DNA of 64,000 nucleotides from Lingula anatina (Eukaryota > Animalia > Brachiopoda). Below the pieces are notes generated by a model. That model was given only the letters and a program-made list of their open reading frames with translations. It searched no databases and was not told where the DNA came from. The DNA lies in contig CM120640.1 in assembly GCA_051362555.1 (NCBI GenBank), positions 51,562,788-51,626,787 of the forward strand, read 5' to 3'. Positions 27,501-39,000 of the stretch are shown piece after piece (positions within the stretch are counted from its first letter, which is position 1; each line of letters starts with the position of its first letter). Both the position numbers and the translations under genes were made by a program.

Positions 27501-30500
27501 AGCTCCTTTCACCGCTTGGAATATCTTAGACTTGCCATGGATACTATTATCTGTGGTAGGTAATATACGTACATCTTCCATGTTTCCATTTAAGCATGAG
27601 ATGTCGGCAGAGGTAAACATATAAATAAAACTGTCCCGAAATACAGACCGTGGTATTCATGTACCAGTGTTTACATTTGGCTTACAGGTGTTTCTGCATA
27701 AAGCCTGTTTCTTGGCCAATATGACATATCGGGTAGAGATCTGACTGCTACTTCTACCATCGATTTGCCTGGAAATAATTTTGACTAGCTGGTATTTTTC
27801 AAAGCGTTCTTCGTCATTGATAACGACGTGTTTGGCCAAAAGATTTAGGGCTACACAACAAAATTGAATAATTTGTTCAGTTGACACAGGTGAGGAATGC
27901 GAAAGAGGCTCTGGCTCTGAGGACACCAATGGCCCCTGTTGCCACCATGCTTTCAAAAGGCAGCATATTTCTGCATTCAACATTTTGACAAACAACGACC
28001 GTTATTTCCAAATTGCGTAACAACTTTACCCCTTAACACTGAAATGGTGCGTTGCATTGTATTTGAAGCTTGGAGAAATTAATGGGCTGTTTAACAAGGT
28101 ACAGAGGTATATTTCTGCGCGAAGAGAGAGAAAAAATGCATTTTGGTATCTGTATTACTCTTTCTTAAGCATGGGAATTTGAAATACAGCTCAAAGGAAC
28201 GTTTTTTTTTTTTTTTTTTTTTTTTTGAGTTTCCTTGTCAGTGTTATGTTCAGCGGGCAGGGGTGTAAGAATACGGCTTCACAGTTTATATATTGTTCAA
28301 CATGTCCATCTGTGCACCAGAACATGTTAGGAATGTACGTATTGGCATTATCTAATATGAGAGATAGTATTTAGTGAAATTCTATACATTCTGGATGTTT
28401 GTCCATTGACAAAGCTGGTAACTGAAATATAAAGAAAAATGGGGACCTTGCACATCTCAAAAATAAAAAAATGTTATACTTTAAGGCATATATTTAAATA
28501 GATACGTACTGGTGCACCACAAAGAATAAAATGATTTACAGTGAATTTATAATTAGAACATGGAGGAATAATCTACGTTCAAATCCGATCCACACAACAC
28601 TACATCTCTCATGTTTCTTTAAAATATAATCGGCTCGTTGGAATTAGGTTCGCTCACCTAGGTTTCCAAAGAGTTTTCTCTGAAACTGCTGAACTTTCAT
28701 TGGCAAAACTATGAACTTGTTAAGACCTAGGAAGACATGTTACCGCCTCAAGATATACCCAGATTACCAGTTAAGTTAATAATGGCTGTCAACACTTCCC
28801 CACGTCCGTTCTATCACGGGATAAGCGACGCGGGAAACAAATAATTCAACTGTATCATTGGTTAAGGTTCACTGGGGTTTCAGTTTGATGTTTGTACATC
28901 AACCAACAGATAAACGGTTCGATCTTTTCATTTGGACTCTAAAAAAATAATAAATTCTTTTCCAATCTCATTCGTACATTTATAAAGTCATGCACCCAGC
29001 GGGCAAACTTCCATTAGATTTACATTTAATGTGGCTTTTTGATCAACTTTGACGTGTCACAAAACAATGATATTGGCATCGCTGCTTTTTTGCTACTGAG
29101 AATAATAACCCTAATCGCAGTATCAACAGCACAGTTGTCAGAGTTTTAAAAAAGCATTGCGCGGTTTAATTACCATTTGCCACCTTATCGCTCAATACAA
29201 ATTTGTTCAGACTGCAAACTCTGCTTCCTACACTCAACTACTGTCTACTGGAAGTCTTAACTCTAAAATCAACAGATAGACGAAGAATGTTGTCTCTCCT
29301 ACTAAGCAGAATAATCCGTGCTATCATCAATCTGGCCAAGGTCCATTTTCTAGTCAGCATTGAACAGATCTGAAGCGATTGATAAGACTTCTTTTTTTTT
29401 TCATTATGCCCTGTTTTAAGAAAATGGCGCAAACCGGATTCAGCCACGCAAATTAATGACACCACTCCTCTAGAGGGGTACATGTACATGCAAAACATGT
29501 TGAAAGAACAGTGATTCATTTGAAACAGTTCACTTATTTATTTCAACGTAACATTTTCAATAGATACGCAGCTTTTAAACCCTCGAAGGTACCCTGCTTA
29601 AAAACCACACGCTGTGATCTTTAAACGTGCAGCATTACATGACCCTGCTGCCGAAAGGTCGGACGCAGTCATCACATTCTTCATCATTATATCAAACATG
29701 TTTTTATATGTGACTTCCAAACCCTGTCTCTCCAAACCTTGACATTTTCAAAGTAGCTATATCTTCAAATCATAGACTACTAACAATAATTCCTATATAG
29801 GCCTATGTTTTGCAACAAGGTTCCTCCCATCGCCTTAGGTTAGGAAAATAATAGGCATGGGAAAGAGGGAAAGGGCCATGGCTAACGCTTTTTTTTTTTT
29901 TTTTAAATTATTTACTACTTTTCATCTGCCTGTGAACTCCTCATGGCTCTGGTGGCTCTGAAGTCAGGATAAAATTTACATAATTAGATTTGCAAACCAA
30001 ATCTATCGTAAAAAATTAAGATACTAAAACCAACTGTATCGGTCAGAGAGGGGCACGAGTAAGGGGCGTGAGGAGACTCAACCCGTGGTTAACCCCGTGT
30101 CAATTAAAATATCTGGCCTGTTGCTTGCTCTACGTATATAGCGTGGGTTAGGTCGGAAGCAATTGCAGTAACTAAGCAATCTGAGCAGACTTGGTAGAAA
30201 GATAAGATGAAAGTTCAGCAGAGTTGGTGACTTGCGGGTCATGGTCTGCTGCTCGAGGATATAGTTCAACTCCCCATGAGATACTGCTTATTTATCAACA
30301 GTTCTCTTGGCTGTATGCAAAAGTGAAACAACAAAACCACGTTGAAATGCTTAAGCCTAAACAAGTTGATAAAAACATCTTCTCTTGGCAGCTTTATTTT
30401 TTCAAAGATTAAGGGATCGCACAAGGTTTTGTTCAAGTGTGATTGCCAATGAGGGCTGTTATGTGCCTGGTTTGGTACAACGTATCATGGGATAAGCAAA

Positions 30501-33228
30501 GTATTTGACTGAAACATGGTGATAAAAAAACGCTTCAACTGTTTTGCCTGAAGTTAAGGAAATAAATCTAAAATTGATCGATCTTTTACAAACTCATACG
30601 AGAAAAAAAAACGTTTTTTTATACATGTGCTAATTATGTGTAGTTTTGTCTCAAATAAAAAAATACAAGTAGTACTTTCACTGTTGATATTACATGCTTT
30701 ACAAAATGGCATTGTTATTTTCACAATATAAATGGAATCTTAGCAAACACGTTTCTATGAAATGAAGCTAACGAACCATCTCTCTGAGATGAAATCCTAT
30801 AAAATATTTGACAAGTGAAGAAACAACGTTTCGTCTGACTAATCTAATTCCTGTTAAAACCGTGACCTGGCTTTTGAGTCGATAGTTAAGCCGTTGGAAC
30901 TGGAAGCGGGATTATAGCTAAACCTGGGGTTTTACATAGAAATAACATTGTTAAAAAAACCTGACACCGTCCATATAGATCAAATGCTGCATGCACATAC
31001 AGTATAATCGATTGCTTTGTCTACTGACGCTGAAACAAAAACAATCTAAAACGATGTCCTTAAGCAAAACAAAAAAAAAAAAAAAAAAAAAAAAAATGGG
31101 TCCCTGAATTTTTCTCACACTTCACCTTCCGTTTTATATTGTATTTTTCTATTCTGCACTTTTGTTTGAAATGCACATATTCAGAATAAATAATGTATAT
31201 GTTGATATTACTATTGATTGTCATATTGTCGAGCTGTTTACTTTCAGGAATGGGTTGATGAACGTCTAAAGTGGAACCCAGCAGACTACAATAACCTGGT
31301 AGTCATGCGGATGCCATGCGAAAAGATATGGCTTCCAGATATAGTTTTATACAACAGGTAAATGTAACGGTTAACCTATTTGTTAGAAAAACATGATCGG
31401 ACGATGTGTGCGTGTGAAAAAATCTTAACTTTGAATGTCTCAACAAAAATCAAACGAATTATCAATGGTAGCGTCTGGTCAAATGTGTGTCGGTTAATAT
31501 TTTTAGCAGTTAACACAATCACTGTTTGAACTTTTATATTTTAAAAACATCAGAGTACAAAAGCAACCCTGATTAGCATGAATGCATTTCTCATTTAGAA
31601 GCTTGGAACCAGATTAATAAAATGTTAAGCACTTTAAATCATTTTGTTAAATTAACTTTTTGGTCCACCAATTTTTACATTTATTATTATTATTATTAAT
31701 GTTATTGTTGTTGTTGTAAGCAGTTTTAGTAAACCTACACCCTGGTTTATTTCAGTGCGGACGACTATACTGCTGGTTATATGCAAAGTAAAGCCATGGT
31801 TGATCACAACGGCACAGTCTTCTGGCCTCCGCCAGCTAAATTCCGGAGCTCATGCAAAATAGACATCACTTTTTTCCCGTTTGACGATCAAGTTTGTAAA
31901 ATGAAATTTGGCTCATGGGCTTACGATGGGTTTCAACTGAATATGACCAGCAGGAATGAGAAGGTCGACATGTCAAACTATGTGTTTAGCGGGGAGTGGG
32001 ACCTTTTAAGCATTGACATTGTCCGCAATGAGAAATTCTATGGATGCTGTCCAGAACCGTACCCAGACGTCACTTTCTATCTTCGTATACGAAGAAGGAC
32101 GCTTTATTACCTCATCAATGTTATTTTCCCTTGTCTGTGGCTTTCCATACTCAGTTTGCTCGGGTTTTGGTTGCCCCCGGACTCGGGAGAAAAAATAACA
32201 CTGGGAATCACAGTACTGCTAGCCTTCTCCGTCTTTATGTTGCTCATAGCCGAAAACATGCCAGCCACGTCAGATTTTGTTCCATTAATTGGTAAGATGG
32301 AAGATTACATTATCATTTAGATATATTTTTCTTGTGATGAAATAAAGACCTTCTTACTATAAGATGCAACCTACCGTGCATTGTTTCAATTCACAGTGTA
32401 TTTGACCTGGAAATAACTAACTCAGTTCGTTATAATTATTTTCAGTCGCCAAGATCAGAAACAGAATTAAACCCACCAGTCTCCATTAAAGCGAATACTT
32501 CAGGGCATACATATTCTCAAGGGTTTAATGCAGCATGTAAAAAGATGCAATTAATTTTACATTCTCAAACCGCCATGCAGCTGGGACAGTTTTTATATAA
32601 TTTCCCCCTTTTTGTACTTTCAGGCATATATCTTACCATGACAATGGCCATGACATCTTTGTCTATAGTTTTGACAGTGTTTGTTCTGCAGCTTCACCAT
32701 GCTAGTCCTAATCAGAAACCTGTGCCAGAATGGGTGAAAAGAATTGTGTTTGGTGTGCTCGCTAGGATTACTGGAATGCGAGGCGCAATAACAACCACTG
32801 GACCGTACCATCTGCACGACGATATTGTTAAGGATGATGTTTGCCTTACAACTTTTTTAGAAAACGACAACAATGAAAATGCCACGTGTAATGGTGGGTT
32901 CCAGATTCAAGTTGACAGCGTTCATCATAACAATGCCAGCCAAGATCGTTTAAATCGTACCCACAGCATGAGAGGGAGCCTACGGCACCTTCACAACAAT
33001 CACAATTCAGAAAATAAAGGGATGACATACGATAAAATCTCAAAACATCTCAAATTGTTAGTACAGAAGCAAGACTTCGAAGACCAGTACTTGGAAATTG
33101 TAAACGAATGGAGACTTGTAGCTTGTGTGATTGACCGCTTCTTATTTTGGACCTTTCTATTAATAACCACTGTGTCCACATTGACAATTCTGGTAATAGT
33201 GCCCATTGTGAAAAATTCAAGCTTTTGA
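10839..33228 (+). CDS. Nicotinic acetylcholine receptor alpha subunit (alpha7/9/10-like, cation-selective Cys-loop channel), isoform A; exons 10839-10914, 16804-16976, 24801-24845, 31248-31357, 31756-32291, 32624-33228 (about 514 aa)
   Basis: Spliced translation shows [34 protein letters not shown] (loop A), Cys-loop [15 protein letters not shown], loop B FGSWAYDG, loop [12 protein letters not shown] (vicinal Cys = alpha subunit), M2 [19 protein letters not shown] (GEK = cation-selective) and M4 [15 protein letters not shown]. All junctions are GT-AG and phases close (1545 nt). Confidence 0.93.
13186..13475 (+). mobile_element. Short non-autonomous Helentron-type (HINE/DINE-1-like) element
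   Basis: 5' ATTACCTCCGCCAAGGAGGT, internal (GTCT)n/(GTTT)n microsatellite, 3' sub-terminal inverted repeat CCTTGGCGGAGGT, ending CTAG-TT. Confidence 0.75.
15274..15308. repeat. (TGG)n + poly-G tract
   Basis: Read directly from the sequence. Confidence 0.9.
16343..16612 (+). CDS. nAChR isoform B alternative first coding exon (own signal peptide + alpha1 helix + beta1)
   Basis: [29 protein letters not shown]|[52 protein letters not shown] ends at donor ATG|GTAAGT (16613) in phase 0, which joins exon 24801. The start could be 16343, 16352 or a later ATG. Confidence 0.8.
16804..16976 (+). CDS. nAChR isoform A N-terminal exon (paralogous to 16343-16612)
   Basis: Acceptor tttCAG at 16803; encodes [58 protein letters not shown]; donor ATG|GTAAGA at 16977, phase 0. 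Confidence 0.85.
17758..18417. mobile_element. Possible old TIR element with 9-bp TSD
   Basis: ATTCCGCTGACTGCA (about 17764) is an inverted match to TGCAGTCAGTGGAAT (18398); flanks TTAACACCT / TAAACACCT. Confidence 0.4.
21137..21164. repeat. (AG)n microsatellite
   Basis: Read directly from the sequence. Confidence 0.95.
24477..24540. repeat. Compound (CT)n(CA)n microsatellite
   Basis: Read directly from the sequence. Confidence 0.95.
24801..24845 (+). CDS. nAChR shared 45-nt exon ([15 protein letters not shown], loop D Trp)
   Basis: Acceptor tctctttttttcAG, donor CAG|GTAAGA, canonical nAChR beta2-strand sequence. Confidence 0.92.
26420..26531. mobile_element. 112-bp MITE with perfect 32-bp TIRs and 9-bp TSD (Mutator-like)
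   Basis: TACCCTCTACCAGGGCGACTGATAGATTTTTA ... TAAAAATCTATCAGTCGCCCTGGTAGAGGGTA flanked by GTAGAGGAT at 26411-26419 and 26532-26540. Confidence 0.85.
31248..31357 (+). CDS. nAChR shared 110-nt exon ([24 protein letters not shown])
   Basis: Acceptor ctttcAG, donor CAG|GTAAAT, loop A motif WLPDIVLYN. Confidence 0.93.
31756..32291 (+). CDS. nAChR exon: Cys-loop, loops B and C, M1, M2
   Basis: Overlaps ORF 31781-32320; acceptor tttatttcAG at 31755, donor G|GTAAGA at 32292. Confidence 0.95.
32624..33228 (+). CDS. nAChR last exon: M3, intracellular loop, M4, stop
   Basis: Lies in ORF 32545-33228; acceptor tttgtactttcAG at 32623; [26 protein letters not shown] ... [12 protein letters not shown], then TGA. 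Confidence 0.95.
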
Positions 33229-36064
33229 TTATTTAGAACGGATCACTGAGTTCAAAATACCTCTTGTAGGGCAAGAGATCCGTTGCGCTTCGTGAAGTGG
33301 ACGCAGAGTGGAGCTGCAAGAATGAGCCTTCCAACACCAAGTGGCCTTTGCTTTCAAATTGGGCGCTCAAAGCGTCAGAATGTAAGTGTAGGACTGACCA
33401 CGCCCACGTCGTTCCAAACGATCAGGTTGCTTGGTTGGATTAAAGTTGTCCAGTCATTGCACGGACCTCCTTGAAGATTGAATAAGATTTATCTTTTTCT
33501 GTGACAGTTTTTACTGAAAACATCACCTATAAAGTGTGCATCGCTAAATACCAATAAAGATGACAAAGAAAGGACGATATTTACCCATCTGACGTAAAAG
33601 CTATTCAACATATTCATTAACGACTGTATCATAAAACAAGGGTAACGAATAACCTGAATCACTTCGTGCATTTTTAATTTAATTACAAACACCGACTTAA
33701 TTTGTTGTAAAGTGTCTATGCAATTCTAACCCTTTCTGTGACAGGATGGTCATGTGGAGAACGGGAATTTAAGTGTCAGAACATTTTACTGCATACAAAG
33801 TCAAATGTCTTCCTATCAGAATGACAGTTACATGTTCTGCTGTAAAAACTTGAAAATTTTGATGAACAGCAAAGGATATCAGACTTGTATTCCTACGATA
33901 AGAGTATTCACGTCCCAGGTGCTAGCTGTAGAGTATCACAAGATTCAAGCAAGCTTTATTTTATCCACTTTTGCCAGCAATAGCACAACAACAACAACTA
34001 AATACAATTTTAATGTATCGGATAATATATAATTATCTTACTCAGTTATGAAAAAAAAAAAGCATATCAGTTTGCACTGAACTAGCTAGTTGATGAAAGT
34101 TCTAAGAGGATTCAGTTTCTTTGAGGTGTTTTGCACCTCTGATAAAGATGATAAAAACAGTTCTTCTTTACATAATCCAGCATTAACAGAGCTACCCATG
34201 AAAGATTTTGCCACACTTCAAAGCATAGTATACAGGTTTGACATTAAAGTAATCGATTTTAATTTTTCTCAAAGAATCTCATGGTTTGTTGCACTTTTTC
34301 CATACTCTGCAATTGCTAGGGTATTTATCCTAAACAATGATGCAAAGACTGGATGTAATAATTCACTCTATTTATAGCCATGTAAGGAAAATGTGGCCAT
34401 TAAACATCTTGTATAGTTTTTTTTCCTTTTCTTGTTTGAATGAAAGACAGTAAGTGCTAGAAAATTGTTGGTGGCCATGAGTATGTAAATAGTATTCTTT
34501 TGTGAAAACCACATGCTGTTTGTTTGAAATGTCTTTTTGAAAAACAAGAACTTACAGGGCTACATAATGCATTACAAAGCCTGAATGATAAAGTTGAAAT
34601 TTGTTATCTTAGAAGTCTAATCCATTCATGGACTTTATTTTTTAGATTTCATTTATATATATGTAACTGGCCTTGACAGGATTCATGGTCAATTGGTAAG
34701 CTGGAAGACTCCAATGTCCAATGCACTTATAACATGAGTAAAGAAGGTTGTAAAAATGTACATAAAACAGGATTTTCTTTAGAAATAGTTTTTGAATATA
34801 TTCAACTATTTTGGGGCTTCAATTTGTCTTAGAGATTGCAAAACAAATATCAAAATTTCAAAAACAGATGAATCTATTATCCTTACAAATTAGTCCAAAT
34901 GTGTAAAGGACATTATGTTAGAAGATTATTACTTAAATCATAACCACACCCATGATAACTTTAGTTTGACATTTGTATTGGCTTTTGGATCTAGAGTTGA
35001 GAAGCCTGCAAAATGTTCAACTTTTATTTCATTTGGTTCTATGAACTTTTCAGGTTTGTCATAGACACGGAGGGCATTTGTCACAATAACTGAAATGCCC
35101 AGCTTATTGTGTCATTTTTTAAAAATTGTATTCTTGTACAGGTGTATATCTCTATTTTGAAGAGTTTTGTCTGGGTTTAACCGTGGCAAAATGTGTTTTC
35201 ATGTTATCTTGGTCTTCCATATTCACAGACTGTGTGTTTAATACATTGTCAGTTTAAAAGGAGAGTGGTAGAGGTGATTTGAATTTTACTTTTGCTGTAG
35301 TGGCAGTAACACTTGTTTGCCAAGCATGGCAGGGTATAAGAGCTATTAACCTTATTTGACTTGGCATTATTTTTGTGAAATAACATGCTAGTTTGAGCCC
35401 AGAATTTTTTACCAGTAGCTTTTAAGTCTTTTAAGACATAAAACATGATTAAGTTAATTATGTTATAATTATGTCATAATTATGTTCAAACATAATTCAG
35501 GGTCAAAAAGGTAGCTGGTTCACAAGACAGAAATGTATCAGTCTGCCAATGGTTTTACAATTTTACTGCCACATTTTAATTTGTGTTCTTGTATGTTAGA
35601 CACAGCTGTAAGCTTAAGGTTTTTTTTTATATTTTTCCTTTCTTTGTTAGAAAAAACTAAAAAAATTACTTAATTGGAGCCATGTTTTGGATTTGAGAGG
35701 TTTCCACTAATGCCTCAAATTCTGACATGTAAAAAACTACTCTTTAAAGAAATAACCCAATTTTTAAACTGCTTTTCAAACAGAACCACATTTGTGCTTC
35801 TTCAAGATCAAATGTATATTTCTACATATACATAATTACATAATGTTACTTGGCATTTTATCCAATAAAACAGCTGCTTTTTTAAGTTAATTTTTCTGTT
35901 GTCTTATTTCATTGTGGACTATTGTTTCATAAATACCAAATAAAAATAACAAAACAATACCTCAATCCACATTTTCATAGTAAAGCAGATTTTAAGTGTA
36001 ATTTTAACCAAAATAATGAATTGATATTGGTACAGCTTATTAAATTGTACATACACATGAAGTA

Positions 36065-39000
36065 TCAGGAATCTACAACATTAACAGTTTTGGATTTCTT
36101 TGACACAGAGGATACTGTGTCTTCAAACTGAAAGTCTGTGTCTTTCTCATGTAAACGCTTTCTAAATGAACTTTCACTAACATTGCCAGTCCTCCTGTCC
36201 TCTTTAAGGCCATTGCAATCAGATTTATCTGATTCATCAGGCATCAGTTCAGAAGTAGTCTGTAAACTGTTCTTCTGACTTTCTGTACTAGACTGAAGTT
36301 TCTGAGAAATGTCTACTACAGGAGTGACCTTCATAACTGCTGTTCCCCTGATAGTCTTCCTCGCTTCTACAAAAAATAAGTGAACATAGCATTGCTACAA
36401 ACAAGGTAATTTTGATTTGTTTCTTATGAAAATTTTATGGTGTATGAGGAAACTTTTAACACATAATGAATATTTTTTGTTGCTAAATTTCAGTCCGTCA
36501 AACCCCTATTTTTCACTGCAAAGAAATGAAGTAAAAGAATATCACCCAAAACCAATAGAGTTCAGTGTTAAAGTGATGAACACCTACAGTGAACGTCAAA
36601 TTAAAAGAAAGACACTGGTCTTACCTGCATGAAGGAGGACAGCTCTGCACCGTGAGGAGACTGCTTCCTTGGCTTGGGCTTCATTTAATCCAAACAAAAT
36701 ACCTCTAAAATCTCTGGTTAAGATTAACATATGCTTCACAGGAAATATACATATATATAATATATGTCAATTTGGATAAAAAATATGTTTAAATAAACCT
36801 AAAATGAATACTGGATTAATATATAAAATATAAAAATAAAAAGTCTATCATCTGAAAAATTATTCATGTTCTTTTTTTCATTCTTAATCCCTAATCATCC
36901 TATTATAGTATCACTATAGTACTCATCACTGTGAAGGATACAGATTTGCCACATCACTTGGTCCCCTGAGCTCCACAGCCTGTAATTTGAATGGAGTAGA
37001 TTGTGTAATCTTAAAACATCTTACTTGATTAAATCTATTTCTATACTGAATAAAGTATAATATAGCTGTTGTATTTAAAAAATCTATAAAACAATCTGAG
37101 CAGTCATGGGGAAATAACAACTGTTACAACGAACCAGATGAAAAGTATGTAAGACATTTTCCCATGAAATAAAAAGTGTACGACTGATACCAAAATGTAC
37201 ATACACATTTTTGCCTTTTACAAAGTATTAAAGACATCTACTCACCCTTTCACATCCACTGCTTAGCACCACATTCTGAAAAGCAAAAAAGTAAGCCATG
37301 AAGTCATAAGCCTGACTGCAATGCATAGACCTATGAAACAATGACATTCTGCAGCACCCTCTAAGGCCCTATTCCCACAGACACCATCAGTCTACACAGA
37401 TCGATCTAACTTCGCATGGACTCTCTGAGTGCAATCTGCTTTACTAAATGACACACCTCTTCTTGGTGTTAAGTAGAATAAAGCAGAGCTGGTGATTATA
37501 TGAGTACATTGGAAACAAGAAGAGGCATGTCATTCAGTTAGGCTGATTGCACTCAGCGTGAGTCTCCAATGCTGTCCATGGGAATGGGGTCTAAGGTTCA
37601 TGTAGACACATTAGTGACAGGATACTGTTATGTTATCCATTCAACAGATATGGATTGTGTAAAGTTTTAGAACAATGAAACCATTCATTTGATAACCATA
37701 GTATTTGGAATATCAGCCTGTAAAAAATTCTCTAAAGCCATGTAAATGGCAAGTTGCTGTAGTGTAATAGTGAAGAAATATTATCTTAGGAGGATTGTTC
37801 CCTGTATAGCGATTTCCCCCTTGAGCTTGATAAATTTTCCCTAATACTTTGTTACTGTCAATTGACTCGGTTTGCAGAAAATTGGTTTGTAGCATGTGTA
37901 GTATACAATCTCAAGTACAATGGATGTGTAGAATGTATAGTATCCATCACGTACAAAGGTTTGCTTACTGATGGGATACAGGAACCAATATATCTTATTT
38001 AAAGCAAATATAAATATCATATGAGTTGGCAGTGAGGATAAGACTACAGGGACAAGCAAAAAGTTCATAACAGTCTATCAAAATCTTTCTTTGGAGTCAA
38101 CAGAGACTAATTTTATGCATAATGAAATGCACTGATTATCTGCCATGAGTTAAAGAAAAGTACCAAAAATGAAATCGCACTTTATCATCATTTGACAAAA
38201 CAATAGTTAGCATAAAATATTGTTCAAACTGACCACCCTGAAGCTCACAAACGGCTGTTTCCTGGTTCTTAAAATGCAAGAAACAATAGAACTGTATAAT
38301 ATCATTTTGTATTTCTGGCCATGAAACAAAGCAATGGTAGACATTTGAGGACGCACTGACCTTACAATTATTGACCTACCAATGTTTGGTCTATGAACAA
38401 CCAAACACAGAATAAATAAATTAAAAAAATATATTTTAACTGGATCCCATGACAACTGGTGAATAAGGTTATTATTTGCAGAATGAACCTTACCTTCCCT
38501 TTACATACAGTGAGTATTTTGATGGCATTCCTGATAGAGTGTTTCCTCAGAGTTGGATCTCGTATTGCAGGGGAATACGTAAGCTCAAAATGGATACCCA
38601 TCTCCAGTGCCTTTAAATAACAGTATATATAAATGATTAGTGACTAATGTTCCTTTAGAGATACATAAGAAGAGAACATAGATACCTTGCAATTCACATA
38701 ATCTACTTCAACTAGTTTTTTTTATACAACTCCAATAAATTTGACATGCCAAAGGATAAACTAAATTAACTTTTAGACTGCACCTTCTTCAAATTCCTGG
38801 TCCTAAACTTGACCCATTTATCCAGTTTGTGAAAGTTCACCAAATGATGTAGTAATGTATGATGTAATGCTGCTGTTTACCCAATAGCATAAATATTCAA
38901 ATGAGGGTTGGCGAAAACGACCAAGGGTTATATGTGGCACAGAATGAAAACAGATAATATCTGTTCAAATATAATTTTTTCAGGAAGTATGAGACATTAT

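Noticed and set aside
33226-33250. Stop-codon readthrough or selenocysteine at the nAChR TGA
   Set aside because: No TGA-CTAG context, a second stop follows within a few codons, and no SECIS-like element was seen.
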